Positions 11,301 through 20,350 are shown, counted from the first letter of the stretch. The stretch is 64,000 nucleotides of DNA from Acidobacteriota bacterium (GCA_039194425.1 JBCCVZ010000009.1:80997-144996), one strand, 5' to 3'. Numbers and translations: made by a program. The notes: a model not told the origin generated them from the letters alone.

Positions 11301-12107
11301 CAGGTCGTCTCCCACCTGGTGATCAACGCCATCGAGGCGATCGAAGGGCACGGCACCGTGACCGTCGAAACCGGAACTCGGACTCTCGACCGCGAGTTCT
11401 TCGAGCAGGCGCCGCTGGCGGACGCGGGGCAGGCGGGCGAGCATGTCGTCCTCCGGGTGATCGACGACGGCGCCGGAATCGACGACGAGGTCCAGCGACG
11501 TATCTTCGACCCCTTCTTCACCACCAAGTTCACCGGCCGCGGCCTGGGCCTGGCCGCCACCCTCGGCATCGTCCGCGGCCACGGCGGCGCCCTGGAAATC
11601 TCGAGCGAGAAGGGGCGGGGCACCGAGATCGAAGTCTTTCTGCCGGTGCTCGCCCAGCGCCGCGACCCGGGCCCGGAGGCGAGCATGGAAGAGCTCGACG
11701 CCTGGCGGGGGCGCGGCCGAGTCCTCATCGTGGACGATGAAGAGATCGTCCGCGAGGTGGTGACCCTGATGCTCCGCAACACCGGGTTCGAGGTGGTGGC
11801 CGCGGCGGGCGGCGTCGAGGCGATCGAGCTCTATTCCAGGATGCACGACGACCTGGCGGCCGTGGTGCTCGATCTCACGATGCCGGGGCTCGACGGCGTC
11901 GCCGTGTTCGAGCGCCTACAGCGCATCGACGCGGATGTCCCGGTGATCTTGTCGAGCGGCTACGGGATCGAAGACCTCGTGGACCGCTATCTCGATCTCG
12001 GCTTCGCCGCCTTCGTACGCAAGCCGTACCAGACCGCCAAGCTGCGCGGCGTGCTCAAGCGGGTGCTCGACGGCGAAGACGCGCTCGCCGGCCAGACGCT
12101 CGACTGA
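8352..12107 (+). CDS. hybrid sensor histidine kinase: periplasmic two-component-regulator-propeller repeats + Y_Y_Y domain, TM, coiled coil, HisKA, HATPase, receiver
   Basis: TTG start and signal peptide. Reg_prop-like repeats. Y_Y_Y-type segment YTFRVRASSATGRIASPASYRFVVLPPWYRTPWA followed by a TM helix. H-box GGIAHDFNNFL. N-box LVINAIEA, G-boxes DDGAGID and GRGLGLA. Receiver VLIVDDEEIV...DLTMPGLDG...KP. Confidence 0.85.
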   Translation: MTIWGRALCAALCALAAAAPRVVADETTGPTTAPSAHSAASELPAHAVGAALIRTYPREEHGGYFQTFAIAQDPNGLVYAANNSGLLEYDGERWHLFELPRFMPALAIDDRGQIWLGGANDLGRMVPTDTGELVYESLVHLLPEQARDFSHVWPILPTAGDVYFLAREHLVRLRDGEVTTWPAEDPRHVFYRAYSIHGRLYFAQLGVGLLRLGDDDRLELVPGGAFSGAEELNAMWETPDGGGWLLTQRDGAYRFDGTSLTPFENDSSRWLDAASVQHGHPLTPEIYAVATIHRGLALVDHELKLLRTLDSSHGLSDDKIHFVTTDRDGYLWIGSDTAIDRVIVGSGLPRYDQEAGLAGRIYCLIHHQGRLIVGTSRGVYQGHATRSGWRFDPVPGLRTSGWSALSIDDALLIASEAGIYSVRFGRAEDLELTQTDLVSDDATIYLFRPSSDPDLVFASLENGLGILRRELGQWRWLGQGALLSGTVRQALNGPDGELVVYFSSQSRLAVLEFPDGLESQPRVLELGTRDGVLQSLDGQIYLVTESGIERYLGLEAARTGRAFESTSALDDLAELADGLFEIEARTETGSLWLETERGLGIVTFGDDGQASLRHPGPRPLTEVDAVVLDDSSGASGWIGTVDGLYRYHETDRPVDATSFESLMRRVVVRDSAGTERQLGGLGPGQTAAPPELPYTENRLRFEFAAPLYGQREEVLYQTRLDGLDTEWSAWRAEPFEDYTFLPEGDYTFRVRASSATGRIASPASYRFVVLPPWYRTPWAAFGGIVLATALVLAFVRVRTAQLRKIRRRLESQVTERTRELADEKNQVEAQARDLEIVNAKLAEENAHRRQLEVERAKLQARLEQANKLESLGQMAGGIAHDFNNFLMAILGNADLALDTASLNIETRERLEGIRVASERAAELCHQMLVYAGKGRVDGRTLDLNVIVRQTLGDVRGSLRPGVELEIDLTSEAPPISGDEGQLRQVVSHLVINAIEAIEGHGTVTVETGTRTLDREFFEQAPLADAGQAGEHVVLRVIDDGAGIDDEVQRRIFDPFFTTKFTGRGLGLAATLGIVRGHGGALEISSEKGRGTEIEVFLPVLAQRRDPGPEASMEELDAWRGRGRVLIVDDEEIVREVVTLMLRNTGFEVVAAAGGVEAIELYSRMHDDLAAVVLDLTMPGLDGVAVFERLQRIDADVPVILSSGYGIEDLVDRYLDLGFAAFVRKPYQTAKLRGVLKRVLDGEDALAGQTLD

Positions 12108-12138
12108 GCGAGCCTGCGCTCAAACCTCGGCACGTGCC

Positions 12139-13197
12139 TCAGCGCCTGTAGACGACGAGGTCGTGCACCTCGAGATCGTTCTTGCCAGTCTCGGCCCTGC
12201 GATCCTGCGCGCGCACTCGGCGCCAGACGCCGTCGCCGTCGGCGTAGATACACCAGCCTCCCTCATGCGTATCCGGCCTGCCGCCGCGGCCAAACGACGT
12301 CGAACAAACCAGCTGGAGATCAGGCGTCGCTCCTTCGGGATTGCAGTCGTGGTCGGCGCAGATCTGCAGACAGCAGATGAGCTGCAGGGTCGGGTGGCGA
12401 AACGTGAACCAGGGAGTCCGCCCACCCTCCCAGTCGAACTCTCTGAGCATCCGGCGCTCGTAGTCCGCGACGCCGAACTTGTCGTAGCTGCGCCGGCGGT
12501 CGACGCTTTCGACGAGCTCGCCGTCGTAGAAGACATAGCCGGTGTTCCAGCACCGTCCGAAGCGATCGCGCCAGATGATGGTTCCCGGGATCAAGACGAC
12601 GCCCGGAGTGCGATGGCTGAGCCGCTCGAGGCGCGTGAGGATGCGATCACGGTCCGCCACCGTACACGGGACGACGGTCTTCCCGCCGTCCCGCCCCGCA
12701 CGCAGGTTGAAGTAGTACTCGACCCCCATGAAGAGATGGACGGCCGGCCGCCAGGAGTAGCTCGTGTCGATCGCCATGCGTGGCGGTACGTCAACTTCCG
12801 CGACGAGCACCACCACCCTCTCGGCCGGACGTTGCACGGAGCGCGATCGGGGACCGGTGGCGCGATACACCGCATCCTCCAGGCGCAGCAGACGCGTCTC
12901 GAGCATCGGCGGCTCCAAGAGGAGCCGCGGCGTCCAGGTGGCGACGAGGGTTCGAGTCGGCGTACCGGCCGGGGTCGGTAGGCTGACCACCCGCGGAGTC
13001 GCCGCCGCCCCGGGCACGAGGTAGACGTTGGCGCCTTCCGCAAGGTGCTTCTCGTAAGCCTCGAACGTCGTGATTTCGGTTCCCGAGACCGGATCGCCGA
13101 GCACGAATCGATTTCGAGAGAGCTTCAGGCCGAAGAGCCCCTTGGGCAGATTGCTCCGCTCGACCGGCTTGCCACCCCTGACCTCGAATGTCGGCAT
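12139..13197 (-). CDS. hypothetical protein (352 aa), family not recognised
   Basis: Track ORF 12139..13704 trimmed to the ATG at 13197 (MPTFEVRGGKPV...), because the upstream 169 aa are Arg-rich and overlap the 3' end of the 13260..15407 gene. Normal amino-acid composition after that start. Confidence 0.55.
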   Translation of the reverse strand: MPTFEVRGGKPVERSNLPKGLFGLKLSRNRFVLGDPVSGTEITTFEAYEKHLAEGANVYLVPGAAATPRVVSLPTPAGTPTRTLVATWTPRLLLEPPMLETRLLRLEDAVYRATGPRSRSVQRPAERVVVLVAEVDVPPRMAIDTSYSWRPAVHLFMGVEYYFNLRAGRDGGKTVVPCTVADRDRILTRLERLSHRTPGVVLIPGTIIWRDRFGRCWNTGYVFYDGELVESVDRRRSYDKFGVADYERRMLREFDWEGGRTPWFTFRHPTLQLICCLQICADHDCNPEGATPDLQLVCSTSFGRGGRPDTHEGGWCIYADGDGVWRRVRAQDRRAETGKNDLEVHDLVVYRR

Positions 13198-13259
13198 CGC
13201 GTCAGTGTAGCGAAAGGGAGTGCGCGTCGCCCGAGCCGACCGGGCGACGCGATCGGGAC

Positions 13260-15407
13260 TCAGTCGCCGTCCTCCTCGCTCTCCGCCTCGTCGACCCGGG
13301 TCGACTCGAAGACACCGTTGGGCTGGTAGAACGTCACGGTGTCGACCGAGCCGTCCTCCGCTTCCCGGAACCCGACGCTGAAGCCCTGGAGACTCTCGAG
13401 CGCGAACCGCCCCGAGACCTGCGGCACCAGCTGGAAGACTGGCTGGCCGGCGACCTGCAGAGTCAGTCGGTCGCCCGAGCGCTCGACGCGGACGCGCTGT
13501 CCGGTGGCACCGGCATAGACGCCGGTGAAGCGCTCGAGCACGGCCGGATCCGACAGGCGGGACGGCGCCTGCTTGGCGAAGACGATCGGCGACGCCCGGA
13601 GATCGAAGGCGATGACGAGCTCGGAGATCTCGCCGTCGACGTTGCCGCGGAACAGCAGTTTGGTGCCGTCGAAGGTATCGTCCTCGGCCTCGGCACCGTT
13701 CCACACGTCGTAGTGCCAGTGCTCCAGCGGCGTCGTGATGTCGTTGTAGTGGAACGACAGGTCGTCGCCCTCGAGGGTCACTTCGAGCGGCCCGTACCCA
13801 GGATGCGCATACGAGCCGGCGTAGTCGCCGAGCGGGTGAGACGCCGAGGTCCCGGCGACCCGCGTCTCCTCGAGCTTGGCTTCCGCCTCCTCCGCTTCCT
13901 CCTCACCGGCCCTCATCTCGGCCAGGGCTTCACCGATCCAGTCGACGGCCTCGAGTCCGAGCATGCGGTCGGCCACGGTTTGCGCGACCAGGCCGGGAAG
14001 CCCTGAGCCGCGGTTGGTGAAGGCGACGATGCCGAGGTCGTCGTCCGGGAAGAACTGCACGGTGGTGATGAAGCCGTCGATTCCACCGCCGTGTTGAATC
14101 CGCCGATGACCTCGGTAAACCTCGACGAACCAACCCATCCCGTAGGCGCGCTGCGCGACGCGTGCATCCGGCCCCGGTCGCGACATCGTCATGTGCGGGC
14201 TGTGCAAATCGGCCAGGCTCGCCGACTGGATCAGCGGCTCGCCGTCGACCGCGCCGCCGTTCAGGTTGAAGAGCAGCCAGCGGGACATCTCCCGCACGCT
14301 CGAGTTCACCGAGCCGGCCGGGCCGACGAGATCGATGTTGCGGAAGGGAATGCGCTCGAGCGTGTCGTCGTCGGTCTCGCGATAGGGCAGCGCGTGGTCC
14401 GGGTCCTGCTTCGACATCTCGACCGAGAAGTTCGACCGCTCCATGCCGAGCGGCGCGAAGAGACGCGCGCGCATCGACTCTTCCCACGAACCGTCGTCGA
14501 GGCGACCGGCGAGATGGCCGGCCGTCAGGAACATCAGGTTGTTGTACTGGAAGGTCTCGCGCAGGTCGGCGGTGAGCTCGAGGTGCTCGAAGCGCTCGAT
14601 CACCTCGTCACGCGTCATCTCGTCTTCGTTGTACCAGAGCAAGTCGTGACGCGGCAGGCCGGTGCGATGGGTCACCAGGTCGCGCGGCGTCACGCGCGCC
14701 GAGATCATCGGGTCGGAGAGGCGGAACGACGGGTAGGCGTCGATCAGCGGCTCGTCCCAGTCGAGCTTGCCCTCGTCGACTTGCATGGCGAGGAGGGTCG
14801 CGGTCATCGCCTTGGTTGTCGACCCGATGGCGAAGAGGCTGTCCGCGGTCATCGGCAGCTCGCTCTCGAGATCGCGAGATCCGAAGCCCTCGGCGTAGAC
14901 GACCTCACCGCCTTGCACCACGGCGAGGCCGACGCCCGGTACGTTGAAATCGGCGATCGCCTGGTCGATCACCTCCTCGATGCCGTCGAGCGCCGCCTGC
15001 GCCGCGTCGGCCGGCGGCGCCGAACGCTCCAATGTGAAGGTGAGCGCCGCGCCGCCCTGGGTGAAGTCGCCGGAAAGCACGTCGCCCTCGGCCGACAGCG
15101 CGCCGTCGAAGGTCGGATCCCCGGGAATCCCCGGAATGGAGAACTCGATCGCGTCACCGTCGGTCTCGATGCCGCTGAGAGCCATGTCGCGAATGCTCTG
15201 CACCGGGATCGAGATGTCACCGGTCAGAGCGCCGGACGGGTCGCTGGCGAAGTCGATGTCGATCTCGAGCGCAGCGGTAGGCAGGGTGATCTGGCCTTCC
15301 CACCGGCCGTCGAACGGCGAGTCGGCGAAGCTCGGCATCGTGAGCAGTGCTCCGGCCACGAGACAGAGCGCGCAGCGGGAGAGCGCGGGCAGCAGCGGAC
15401 GGGTCAT
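13260..15407 (-). CDS. secreted serine hydrolase of the beta-lactamase / penicillin-binding (class C-like) family with N- and C-terminal extra domains
   Basis: Signal peptide MTRPLLPALSRCALCLVAGALLTMPSFA. SxxK motif in FAIGSTTKAMTATLLA. YxN-like FQYNNL. 715 aa. Confidence 0.85.
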   Translation of the reverse strand: MTRPLLPALSRCALCLVAGALLTMPSFADSPFDGRWEGQITLPTAALEIDIDFASDPSGALTGDISIPVQSIRDMALSGIETDGDAIEFSIPGIPGDPTFDGALSAEGDVLSGDFTQGGAALTFTLERSAPPADAAQAALDGIEEVIDQAIADFNVPGVGLAVVQGGEVVYAEGFGSRDLESELPMTADSLFAIGSTTKAMTATLLAMQVDEGKLDWDEPLIDAYPSFRLSDPMISARVTPRDLVTHRTGLPRHDLLWYNEDEMTRDEVIERFEHLELTADLRETFQYNNLMFLTAGHLAGRLDDGSWEESMRARLFAPLGMERSNFSVEMSKQDPDHALPYRETDDDTLERIPFRNIDLVGPAGSVNSSVREMSRWLLFNLNGGAVDGEPLIQSASLADLHSPHMTMSRPGPDARVAQRAYGMGWFVEVYRGHRRIQHGGGIDGFITTVQFFPDDDLGIVAFTNRGSGLPGLVAQTVADRMLGLEAVDWIGEALAEMRAGEEEAEEAEAKLEETRVAGTSASHPLGDYAGSYAHPGYGPLEVTLEGDDLSFHYNDITTPLEHWHYDVWNGAEAEDDTFDGTKLLFRGNVDGEISELVIAFDLRASPIVFAKQAPSRLSDPAVLERFTGVYAGATGQRVRVERSGDRLTLQVAGQPVFQLVPQVSGRFALESLQGFSVGFREAEDGSVDTVTFYQPNGVFESTRVDEAESEEDGD

Positions 15408-15478
15408 GTGAAACTCCTCGGGAGTGATCGATGATTCGGGAACTTCACCTCCCTACGCGAGCGGGAGCGGTTCTGTTC

Positions 15479-16306
15479 TCAGTGGCACTGCACGACGAGG
15501 CGAACATCGTGGGGGTCACCCGGGTCGATGAACAGGTAGAGCATGCCGGCGTCGCCCCACATCCAGCCCGGCACCGGCTCGGAGTCGAGCTGCAGGAGAA
15601 GCTCGAACCGCCGCCGCTCGGCGCCGTCGCGCGCCACGGGCGCATCGTCACTCTGCACCCAGAGCGGATAGCCGCCGACCGTCGTGGCGGCGTTCTGCTC
15701 GGGCACGAACTCGGCGAGATCTTCGACCAGAACCTCCCAACCGTCGTCGATGGTGTCGAGCGTCTCTGCCAGCACACGATCGTGCGCCACGAGCTCGTCC
15801 CAAAGCGGCAGCATGTCGAAGCGCTCGGCATCGATCGCGCAGGTGTCGGCGACGCCGCGAGCCGGCGGCTCCAGCGCGATCGCCCGCCCGTCGTCCGGCG
15901 CCCGATAGGTCCGCACGAGCCATTGCCCGGCTTCGCGCTCGCGGTCGATGCCCCACGGAAAGCAGCGCAGGCAGTAGAACAGGACGACCAGGTCATAGGC
16001 GGTTGTCGGCCGGACCGGGCAGCGCCGCAAGTCGACCTGGACGATGTGCTCGAGCGGCTCGCCGCAGCCCGAGCATGGCGGCCAGTCGTCACCGGCCTCG
16101 GCGTACGGCGCACCGCCGGCATGGCTCATCGCCGGCGTCATCTTGTCGTCTTCCTCGAGCTGACGAAAGCTCAGCCGGGTCGACGGGCGCACCAGCGCGA
16201 GCAGGCGCTCGCGCGCCGCCGCGAGCTGCCTCCTCTCCTGCTCGAGCCGCTGCTCGGCGGCACGACGGCTGCGGCGACCGAAGGGCCAGATCCATCCGAA
16301 GGACAT
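15479..16306 (-). CDS. DUF1963 (YwqG-like) domain protein
   Basis: CSGCGEPLEHIVQVDL, GGYPLWVQ, and WGDAGMLYLFIDPGD match my recollection of the DUF1963 signature. Confidence 0.7.
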   Translation of the reverse strand: MSFGWIWPFGRRSRRAAEQRLEQERRQLAAARERLLALVRPSTRLSFRQLEEDDKMTPAMSHAGGAPYAEAGDDWPPCSGCGEPLEHIVQVDLRRCPVRPTTAYDLVVLFYCLRCFPWGIDREREAGQWLVRTYRAPDDGRAIALEPPARGVADTCAIDAERFDMLPLWDELVAHDRVLAETLDTIDDGWEVLVEDLAEFVPEQNAATTVGGYPLWVQSDDAPVARDGAERRRFELLLQLDSEPVPGWMWGDAGMLYLFIDPGDPHDVRLVVQCH

Positions 16307-16364
16307 GAATGCGCACCTCCTGCGGCCGCGGCGCGCGGCCGGTGTGAGGCGCTAAGATATCGCG

Positions 16365-16583
16365 ATGAAACTCGCCAAGATCCTCGCCCTGGTGCTGATC
16401 GTCGCCGGCGTCCTCGCCTTGGTCTACGGCCAGATCACCTACACCGAAGAGCGCCACGAGGCCAACCTCGGGCCGATCGAGCTCTCGTTCGAAGAGAAAG
16501 AGACCGTGCAGATCCCGACCTGGGCGGGCGTCGGCGCCATCGGTGTCGGTGTCGTGTTGTTGCTCGTCGACCGCCGCCGCTGA
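16365..16583 (+). CDS. small two-TM membrane protein (72 aa)
   Basis: ATG start. Two hydrophobic helices (ILALVLIVAGVLALVYG, WAGVGAIGVGVVLLLV) flank a charged loop. Sits in an otherwise empty intergenic slot. Confidence 0.55.
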   Translation: MKLAKILALVLIVAGVLALVYGQITYTEERHEANLGPIELSFEEKETVQIPTWAGVGAIGVGVVLLLVDRRR

Positions 16584-16607
16584 CGCTGCGGCGGCCCCAC
16601 AGCCGGC

Positions 16608-17528
16608 TCAAAGATCGATGCCGACGCAGCGAAAGCCGTCGACCAACTTCAATCCGGTGCCTGTCGCGTTCGGGTTGCGTGGCACGTACTGGACCTCGAC
16701 CTCGAAGCGGCACCAGCAGGTGTTGTCGCCGGCCGTGACAAAGGTCACGAAGTCACCCTGGTACGCCGACGACTGGAAGGGGAAGACACCCGAAACGCCC
16801 GGGGCGTCCCGCCAGCGGATGGCGTCGGTCTCGTAGCGCTTCGACGGATCGTTCTGCTCGGTGTACCCGTCGGCGCCGAACTGCGCGAGGTTTCCGTCCA
16901 TCGCGTTGCGACGCGGAACCTCGCGCGGCTCCTTGAGTGCGCGGAACCGGAACGGATCGGTTCCGGCCGCCTTGCGCAGCCCCTTGAGACCGGCATCGGG
17001 CGCCGGCTCCGCGATCGGCGGAGGCTCGTTCAGCACGCGGTTGCTGAACCCGTCCGAGCGCACGTACTGCCCCTGGCCGCAGACGTCGGGCGTGCTGCCG
17101 GCGAGGAGCTTGACGCGCGTCTCGAAGCCGAAGCTCAGCTGGCGCCCCTGGAAATCGGGGGCCCGACGACCGAGCGGACAGCGAAAGGGGACCTGGTCAT
17201 CGTCGCACGGGTTGCTCGCGCCGAGCTGCGCGAAGGAGCAACCGGACGGTAGCTCCGACACGCGCTCCGGTGGGATGCAGTAGACACCGGTGCTCGCACC
17301 GCTCGTCGCGACGATTTCCATTGACTGGCAACCGCACGCCGGCTCGCCGCTCGGCAGAATCGCCTCCAGCAGCTCACCGCAGGTACCGAGGACCGGGCAG
17401 TCCGAGTCGTCCTCCGCCGGGGTGGTCTCAGGCGGAGGCGTGGCACCCGGGCACCCGAGAGTGACGAGAAGAGCCAGGCAGAACAGGCACGCCGTCGCGG
17501 CGCGGTGGACGAGGTGGTTTCGGTGCAT
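16608..17528 (-). CDS. Cys-rich lipoprotein, unknown family
   Basis: ATG at 17528 preceded by GGGAGA (spacer 5). Lipobox LLVTLGC. The mature part contains about a dozen Cys. Normal composition. Confidence 0.6.
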   Translation of the reverse strand: MHRNHLVHRAATACLFCLALLVTLGCPGATPPPETTPAEDDSDCPVLGTCGELLEAILPSGEPACGCQSMEIVATSGASTGVYCIPPERVSELPSGCSFAQLGASNPCDDDQVPFRCPLGRRAPDFQGRQLSFGFETRVKLLAGSTPDVCGQGQYVRSDGFSNRVLNEPPPIAEPAPDAGLKGLRKAAGTDPFRFRALKEPREVPRRNAMDGNLAQFGADGYTEQNDPSKRYETDAIRWRDAPGVSGVFPFQSSAYQGDFVTFVTAGDNTCWCRFEVEVQYVPRNPNATGTGLKLVDGFRCVGIDL

Positions 17529-17699
17529 CGGATTCTCCCTGCGCTTCGCGACGCGCCGCGTGCGAGGCACGGACGTCGTCGGAAGCGACGAGACGTGGTG
17601 GTCGTCGTAATGTGGGAGCGATCGCGATGCTCGGACAGACCTACGCCGAGGGGCGCGGAATCGGATGAACCGACGGTCGACTTCGCGGGTCGAGCCGCC

Positions 17700-19058
17700 T
17701 CAAGTGTCGAGCGGCCGGTGCGTGTACGCGCGCCGTCCCGGGCCGTAGTCGGTCGTTCTCTGACCGTGACCGCGCAGCAGCCAGCGAGTGGTGAGCAAAC
17801 CGTCGACGCCGACCGGACCGCGCGCGTGGATCCGCCCGGTGGCGACGCCGACCTCCGCGCCGAGTCCGTAGCGATAGCCGTCGGCGAAGCGGGTCGAGGC
17901 GTTCCAGAACACCGACGCCGAGTCGACCCGGCGCAGGAAGCTCTCGGCCACCGCCTCGTCGGCGGTGCAGATCGCGTCGGTGTGCGCCGAGCCGTGGCGA
18001 TGGACATGGTCGATCGCGGCGTCGAGGTCGTCGACGGTGAGCACCGTGAGCGTGAGGTCGCCGAACTCGGTGCCGGCGTCGTCGGCGCTCGCGGCGTCGA
18101 GGTCCAGCGCCGGCCACGCGGCGCGCACGGCGTCGTCCGCACGCAGCGTCACCTCGGAGTCGCGCAGCGCCTCGAGCACGGGGCCGAGACGCGGCACGAA
18201 GTCGCGATGGACGAGCAGCGTCTCGGTCGCATTGCAGGCCGACGGATAGCTGGTCTTGCCGTCGACGGCGAGACGCGCCGCCATCGCCGGATCGGCTTCG
18301 GCGTGCAGGTAGAGGTGGCAGACACCCTCGGCGTGGCCAAGCACCGGAATCCGCGTCGACGCCTGGATCGAGCGCACCAGCTGGCCGGAGCCGCGCGGGA
18401 TCACCAGATCGATCGACTCGTCTTCGTCGAGCAGCGCCTGCACCGCGTCGCGTCCCTCGACGCCGACGACGGCATCGGCGTCGAGCCCCTCGGCGGTGAG
18501 CGCGTCGCGCAGGCAGGCGACCAGGACGCGATTCGACTGAAGCGCCTCCGAGCCCCCCTTGAGAATCACTCCGTCACCGGCACGCAGCGCCAGCGAGCCG
18601 ATCTGGATCACCGCGTCGGGCCGGCTCTCGAAGATGATCAGCAGCACGCCGAGCGGGCTCGTCACCTGCTCGAGCTCCAGGCCATCGTCGAGCTCGGTGC
18701 GGCGCACGGCGCGGCCGACCGGATCGTCCATCGCCGCCAGCTGCGCGATGCCCTCGCGCAGCGTGACGAGCTTGGCCGGAGACAGGGCCAGCCGACCACG
18801 CAGCGGCGCGGCGAGATCGACGGCATCGGCCGCTTCCAGGTCGGCGGCGTTGGCGGCCAGGATCTCATCTTCACGGGACGCGAGCAGCGCACCGAGCTGC
18901 TCGAGCACGCGCCGGCGCGTCGTGCCATCGACCGCGCCGAGGCGACGCTGCGCGTGGCGCACGGAGCGCGCGACGGCGGCCGCGTCGAACGCGGCGGCAG
19001 TCGCATCGTCGGCGCCGGTCTCGAGAGCGGAGGGGGAATCGACAGCGAGAGAGCTCAT
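17700..19058 (-). CDS. proA: gamma-glutamyl phosphate reductase
   Basis: LLIIFESRPDAVIQIGSLALRAGDGVILKGGSEA, ACNATETLLVH, and HTDAI match ProA. The start overlaps the proB stop (ATGA at 19055-19058). Confidence 0.9.
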   Translation of the reverse strand: MSSLAVDSPSALETGADDATAAAFDAAAVARSVRHAQRRLGAVDGTTRRRVLEQLGALLASREDEILAANAADLEAADAVDLAAPLRGRLALSPAKLVTLREGIAQLAAMDDPVGRAVRRTELDDGLELEQVTSPLGVLLIIFESRPDAVIQIGSLALRAGDGVILKGGSEALQSNRVLVACLRDALTAEGLDADAVVGVEGRDAVQALLDEDESIDLVIPRGSGQLVRSIQASTRIPVLGHAEGVCHLYLHAEADPAMAARLAVDGKTSYPSACNATETLLVHRDFVPRLGPVLEALRDSEVTLRADDAVRAAWPALDLDAASADDAGTEFGDLTLTVLTVDDLDAAIDHVHRHGSAHTDAICTADEAVAESFLRRVDSASVFWNASTRFADGYRYGLGAEVGVATGRIHARGPVGVDGLLTTRWLLRGHGQRTTDYGPGRRAYTHRPLDT

Positions 19059-20299
19059 GGTCCGTTCTCCACGAAGAAGACGTCATTGCGTCGAATCAGG
19101 CAGTTGTGGTCCCCGTCGGGGGCGAGGCCGCGACACCAGGCGCGGACCGTCTCGGCATCGTAGGACATCAGGCCGCGGCCGATCAGCGCGCCCGACGGAC
19201 CGCGCAGCTCGACCACGTCGCCGACGCTGAACTTGCCGTCGACGCCGCGCACACCCACCGGCAGCAGCGAGGCGTGGCGCTCGCAAAGCGCTGTCACCGC
19301 GCCGGCGTCGAGGTGCAACGTACCGCGCACGGCCGCCGACCAGGCGATCCAGCGCCGGCGTGCCGGCGGCGCCGTCGTCGCCCGCGCCCAGCTGCCGACC
19401 TCGTCCCCCGCGACCACGCGGTCGACGTCGTCGGCCCGCGCGATCACCACGTGCGCGCCGGCCTGTGAGGCGAGCTTGGCCGCTTCGACCTTGGCGCGCA
19501 TACCGCCACGAGACAGGCCGGAACCGGGTACGGCATCGAGATGCGTCAGCACGGCGTCGAGATTCTCGAGGCGGTGGATCACGCATGCCGTCGGGTCGTG
19601 CCGCGGATCCGCGTCGAAGACACCGTCGACGTCGGTGAGCAGGACCACCAGGTCGGCGCCGAGCTCGGCGCCGACCAGCGCCGCCAGGCGATCGTTGTCG
19701 GAAAACACGGTGCGATTGGCCAGGTCGAGCCGGCCGAGCGCACCGTGGGCCACGGCGTCGTTCTCGTTGAGCACCGGCAGCGCACCGCAGTCGATCAAGC
19801 GACGCAGCGTCGCGCGCAGCTCGAGACAGCGCCGGCGATGGTCGAAGTCGTCCTCGGTGAGCAGCACCTGGGCACAGATGAGATCTTGCGCCGCGAAGCG
19901 TCGCTGGTAGGCGCCCATCAACCGACTCTGGCCCGCCGCGGCGCAGGCGCGCCGCTCGGCCGGATCGTCGGCCGCCTCGAGGCCGAGCAGACGCCGCCCG
20001 AGACCCACCGCGCCCGAGCTCACCAGCACCACCTCACGTTCAGATCGGCGCAGCGCCGCCGCGGTGTCGACGATGGCGCGCAGGCGCGGCGTCACCAGCC
20101 GACCGGTGTCGTCGGCGAGAACGCGCGTGCCGAGCTTGAGCACGACCCGTCGGCACGCCGCGATCTCCGGTCGCGCCACCGACACTGCGTCTGACGGCAC
20201 TGCGTCTGACGGCACCGCGTCTGACGGCACCGAGGCCGCCGGACGAGGAGAGCGAGCGTGATCTGTCGTGTCGAAGTCAGAAGGCTCGGACGCCATCAT
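19055..20299 (-). CDS. proB: glutamate 5-kinase with C-terminal PUA domain and a ~55-aa repeat-bearing N-terminal extension
   Basis: VVLKLGTRVLADDTG, VVLVSSGAVGLG, FSDNDRLAALVG, and a PUA-like C-terminus. Start set to ATG 20299, preceded by GGGAGA (spacer 6); the track start 20317 is a GTG alternative. Confidence 0.9.
   Translation of the reverse strand: MMASEPSDFDTTDHARSPRPAASVPSDAVPSDAVPSDAVSVARPEIAACRRVVLKLGTRVLADDTGRLVTPRLRAIVDTAAALRRSEREVVLVSSGAVGLGRRLLGLEAADDPAERRACAAAGQSRLMGAYQRRFAAQDLICAQVLLTEDDFDHRRRCLELRATLRRLIDCGALPVLNENDAVAHGALGRLDLANRTVFSDNDRLAALVGAELGADLVVLLTDVDGVFDADPRHDPTACVIHRLENLDAVLTHLDAVPGSGLSRGGMRAKVEAAKLASQAGAHVVIARADDVDRVVAGDEVGSWARATTAPPARRRWIAWSAAVRGTLHLDAGAVTALCERHASLLPVGVRGVDGKFSVGDVVELRGPSGALIGRGLMSYDAETVRAWCRGLAPDGDHNCLIRRNDVFFVENGP
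20185..20229. repeat. 15-bp x3 in-frame tandem repeat inside the proB 5' end
   Basis: tgcgtctgacggcac x3 (the third copy begins with c). Encodes (VPSDA)3 on the minus strand. Confidence 0.95.
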
Positions 20300-20320
20300 G
20301 GTGAATCTCCCGCGCAAACG

Positions 20321-20350
20321 AAAAAAGCCCCCGGAGTTGCTTCCGGGGGC
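20321..20350 (-). terminator. strong rho-independent terminator (minus strand) closing the Cys-rich peptide unit
   Basis: On the minus strand: GCCCCCGGA, loop agcaac, TCCGGGGGC, then TTTTTT (complement of the A-run at 20321-20326). 9-bp GC stem. Confidence 0.85.

Noticed and set aside
8352-12107. Possibility that the hybrid sensor kinase forms part of a local two-component system
   Set aside because: No response regulator or Hpt gene is adjacent. The neighbours are an oxidoreductase and an unrelated convergent gene. It is treated as an ordinary orphan hybrid kinase.
13198-13704. N-terminal 169 aa of track ORF 12139..13704
   Set aside because: Arg-rich junk that overlaps the 3' end of the serine hydrolase gene (stop at 13260). 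A clean ATG at 13197 begins a normal-composition protein.
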